A DNA stretch of 64,000 bases from Patescibacteria group bacterium. Its GTDB lineage: Bacteria; Patescibacteriota; Patescibacteriia; Magasanikbacterales; GWA2-37-8. The DNA is taken from contig DATDYA010000008.1 of the NCBI GenBank assembly GCA_035289165.1, forward strand, positions 572-64,571, read 5' to 3'. Each line of letters starts with the position of its first letter. Within the stretch, counting starts at the first letter, position 1. The notes under the pieces are model-generated. The model saw nothing but the letters and a program-made list of their open reading frames with translations, made no database searches and was not told where the DNA came from. A program made the position numbers and the translations under genes. Below are positions 63,971 to 64,000 of the stretch, piece by piece.

Positions 63971-64000
63971 TCGAAAAGGCTTTTCATTAGCGAGAATTGT

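Noticed and set aside
1-64000. CRISPR arrays, rRNA genes, transposases, integrases, prophage genes and alternative genetic code
   Set aside because: I found no regularly spaced direct repeats, no rRNA-like conserved sequence, no recombinase motifs and no in-frame TGA/TAG recoding pattern. ORFs are long and terminate normally under the standard code.

Overview
The window reads as a visibly AT-rich, gene-dense bacterial chromosome segment using the standard genetic code; long ORFs end in TAA/TAG/TGA. Almost no gene has a Shine-Dalgarno sequence. I infer a reduced-genome bacterium of the Patescibacteria/CPR type from the many domain fusions and the broken ribosomal-protein/rpoBC gene order; this is not proven. 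I support 58 CDS calls (one of them frameshifted), one tRNA-Asn(GTT), about a dozen intrinsic terminators and several sigma70-like promoters. No rRNA, CRISPR array, transposase or integrase was seen.

Layout:
- 1-9.2 kb: AAA+ ATPase fragment, sod, recA, a RodZ-like protein, ftsK, a C39-like peptidase, an NDT-like/NUDIX pair and an orphan protein with a radical-SAM motif.
- 9.5-16.9 kb: rpoB-rpoC, with no rplKAJL upstream.
- 17.0-22.8 kb: a 1260-aa fusion (B12-binding domain + radical SAM + class-V PLP enzyme + TM) followed by a Memo1-like/CapA fusion. This pair is the strongest candidate for an undescribed system.
- 22.8-24.0 kb: yebC and ruvC.
- about 24.18-24.83 kb: a conspicuously GC-rich foreign island. 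It encodes a lipoprotein and carries the only strong Shine-Dalgarno sequence seen.
- 24.9-31.6 kb: a SpoU methyltransferase, hypotheticals, a NUDIX gene frameshifted at an (AG)7 repeat, then a minus-strand block of pfkB, two small paralogous membrane proteins, trxB, rpe, rpiB and a second DUF4143 ATPase.
- 32.1-42.9 kb, plus strand: a CBS protein, a T-box-like leader, ileS, epmA, sanA, ykgJ, two tandem Ddl-like ATP-grasp ligases, epmB/kamA, nif3 and ruvA.
- 42.9-54 kb, minus strand: gatB, a membrane protein, then a pyrimidine-deoxynucleotide block of comEB, two P-loop kinases, dut, a 1068-aa E/K-rich repeat protein, long-form thyX, folA and tmk.
- 54-64 kb: orphan rplA, a speA-like decarboxylase, guaB, NUDIX, tRNA-Asn, trpS, hypotheticals, rlmH and rlmN.
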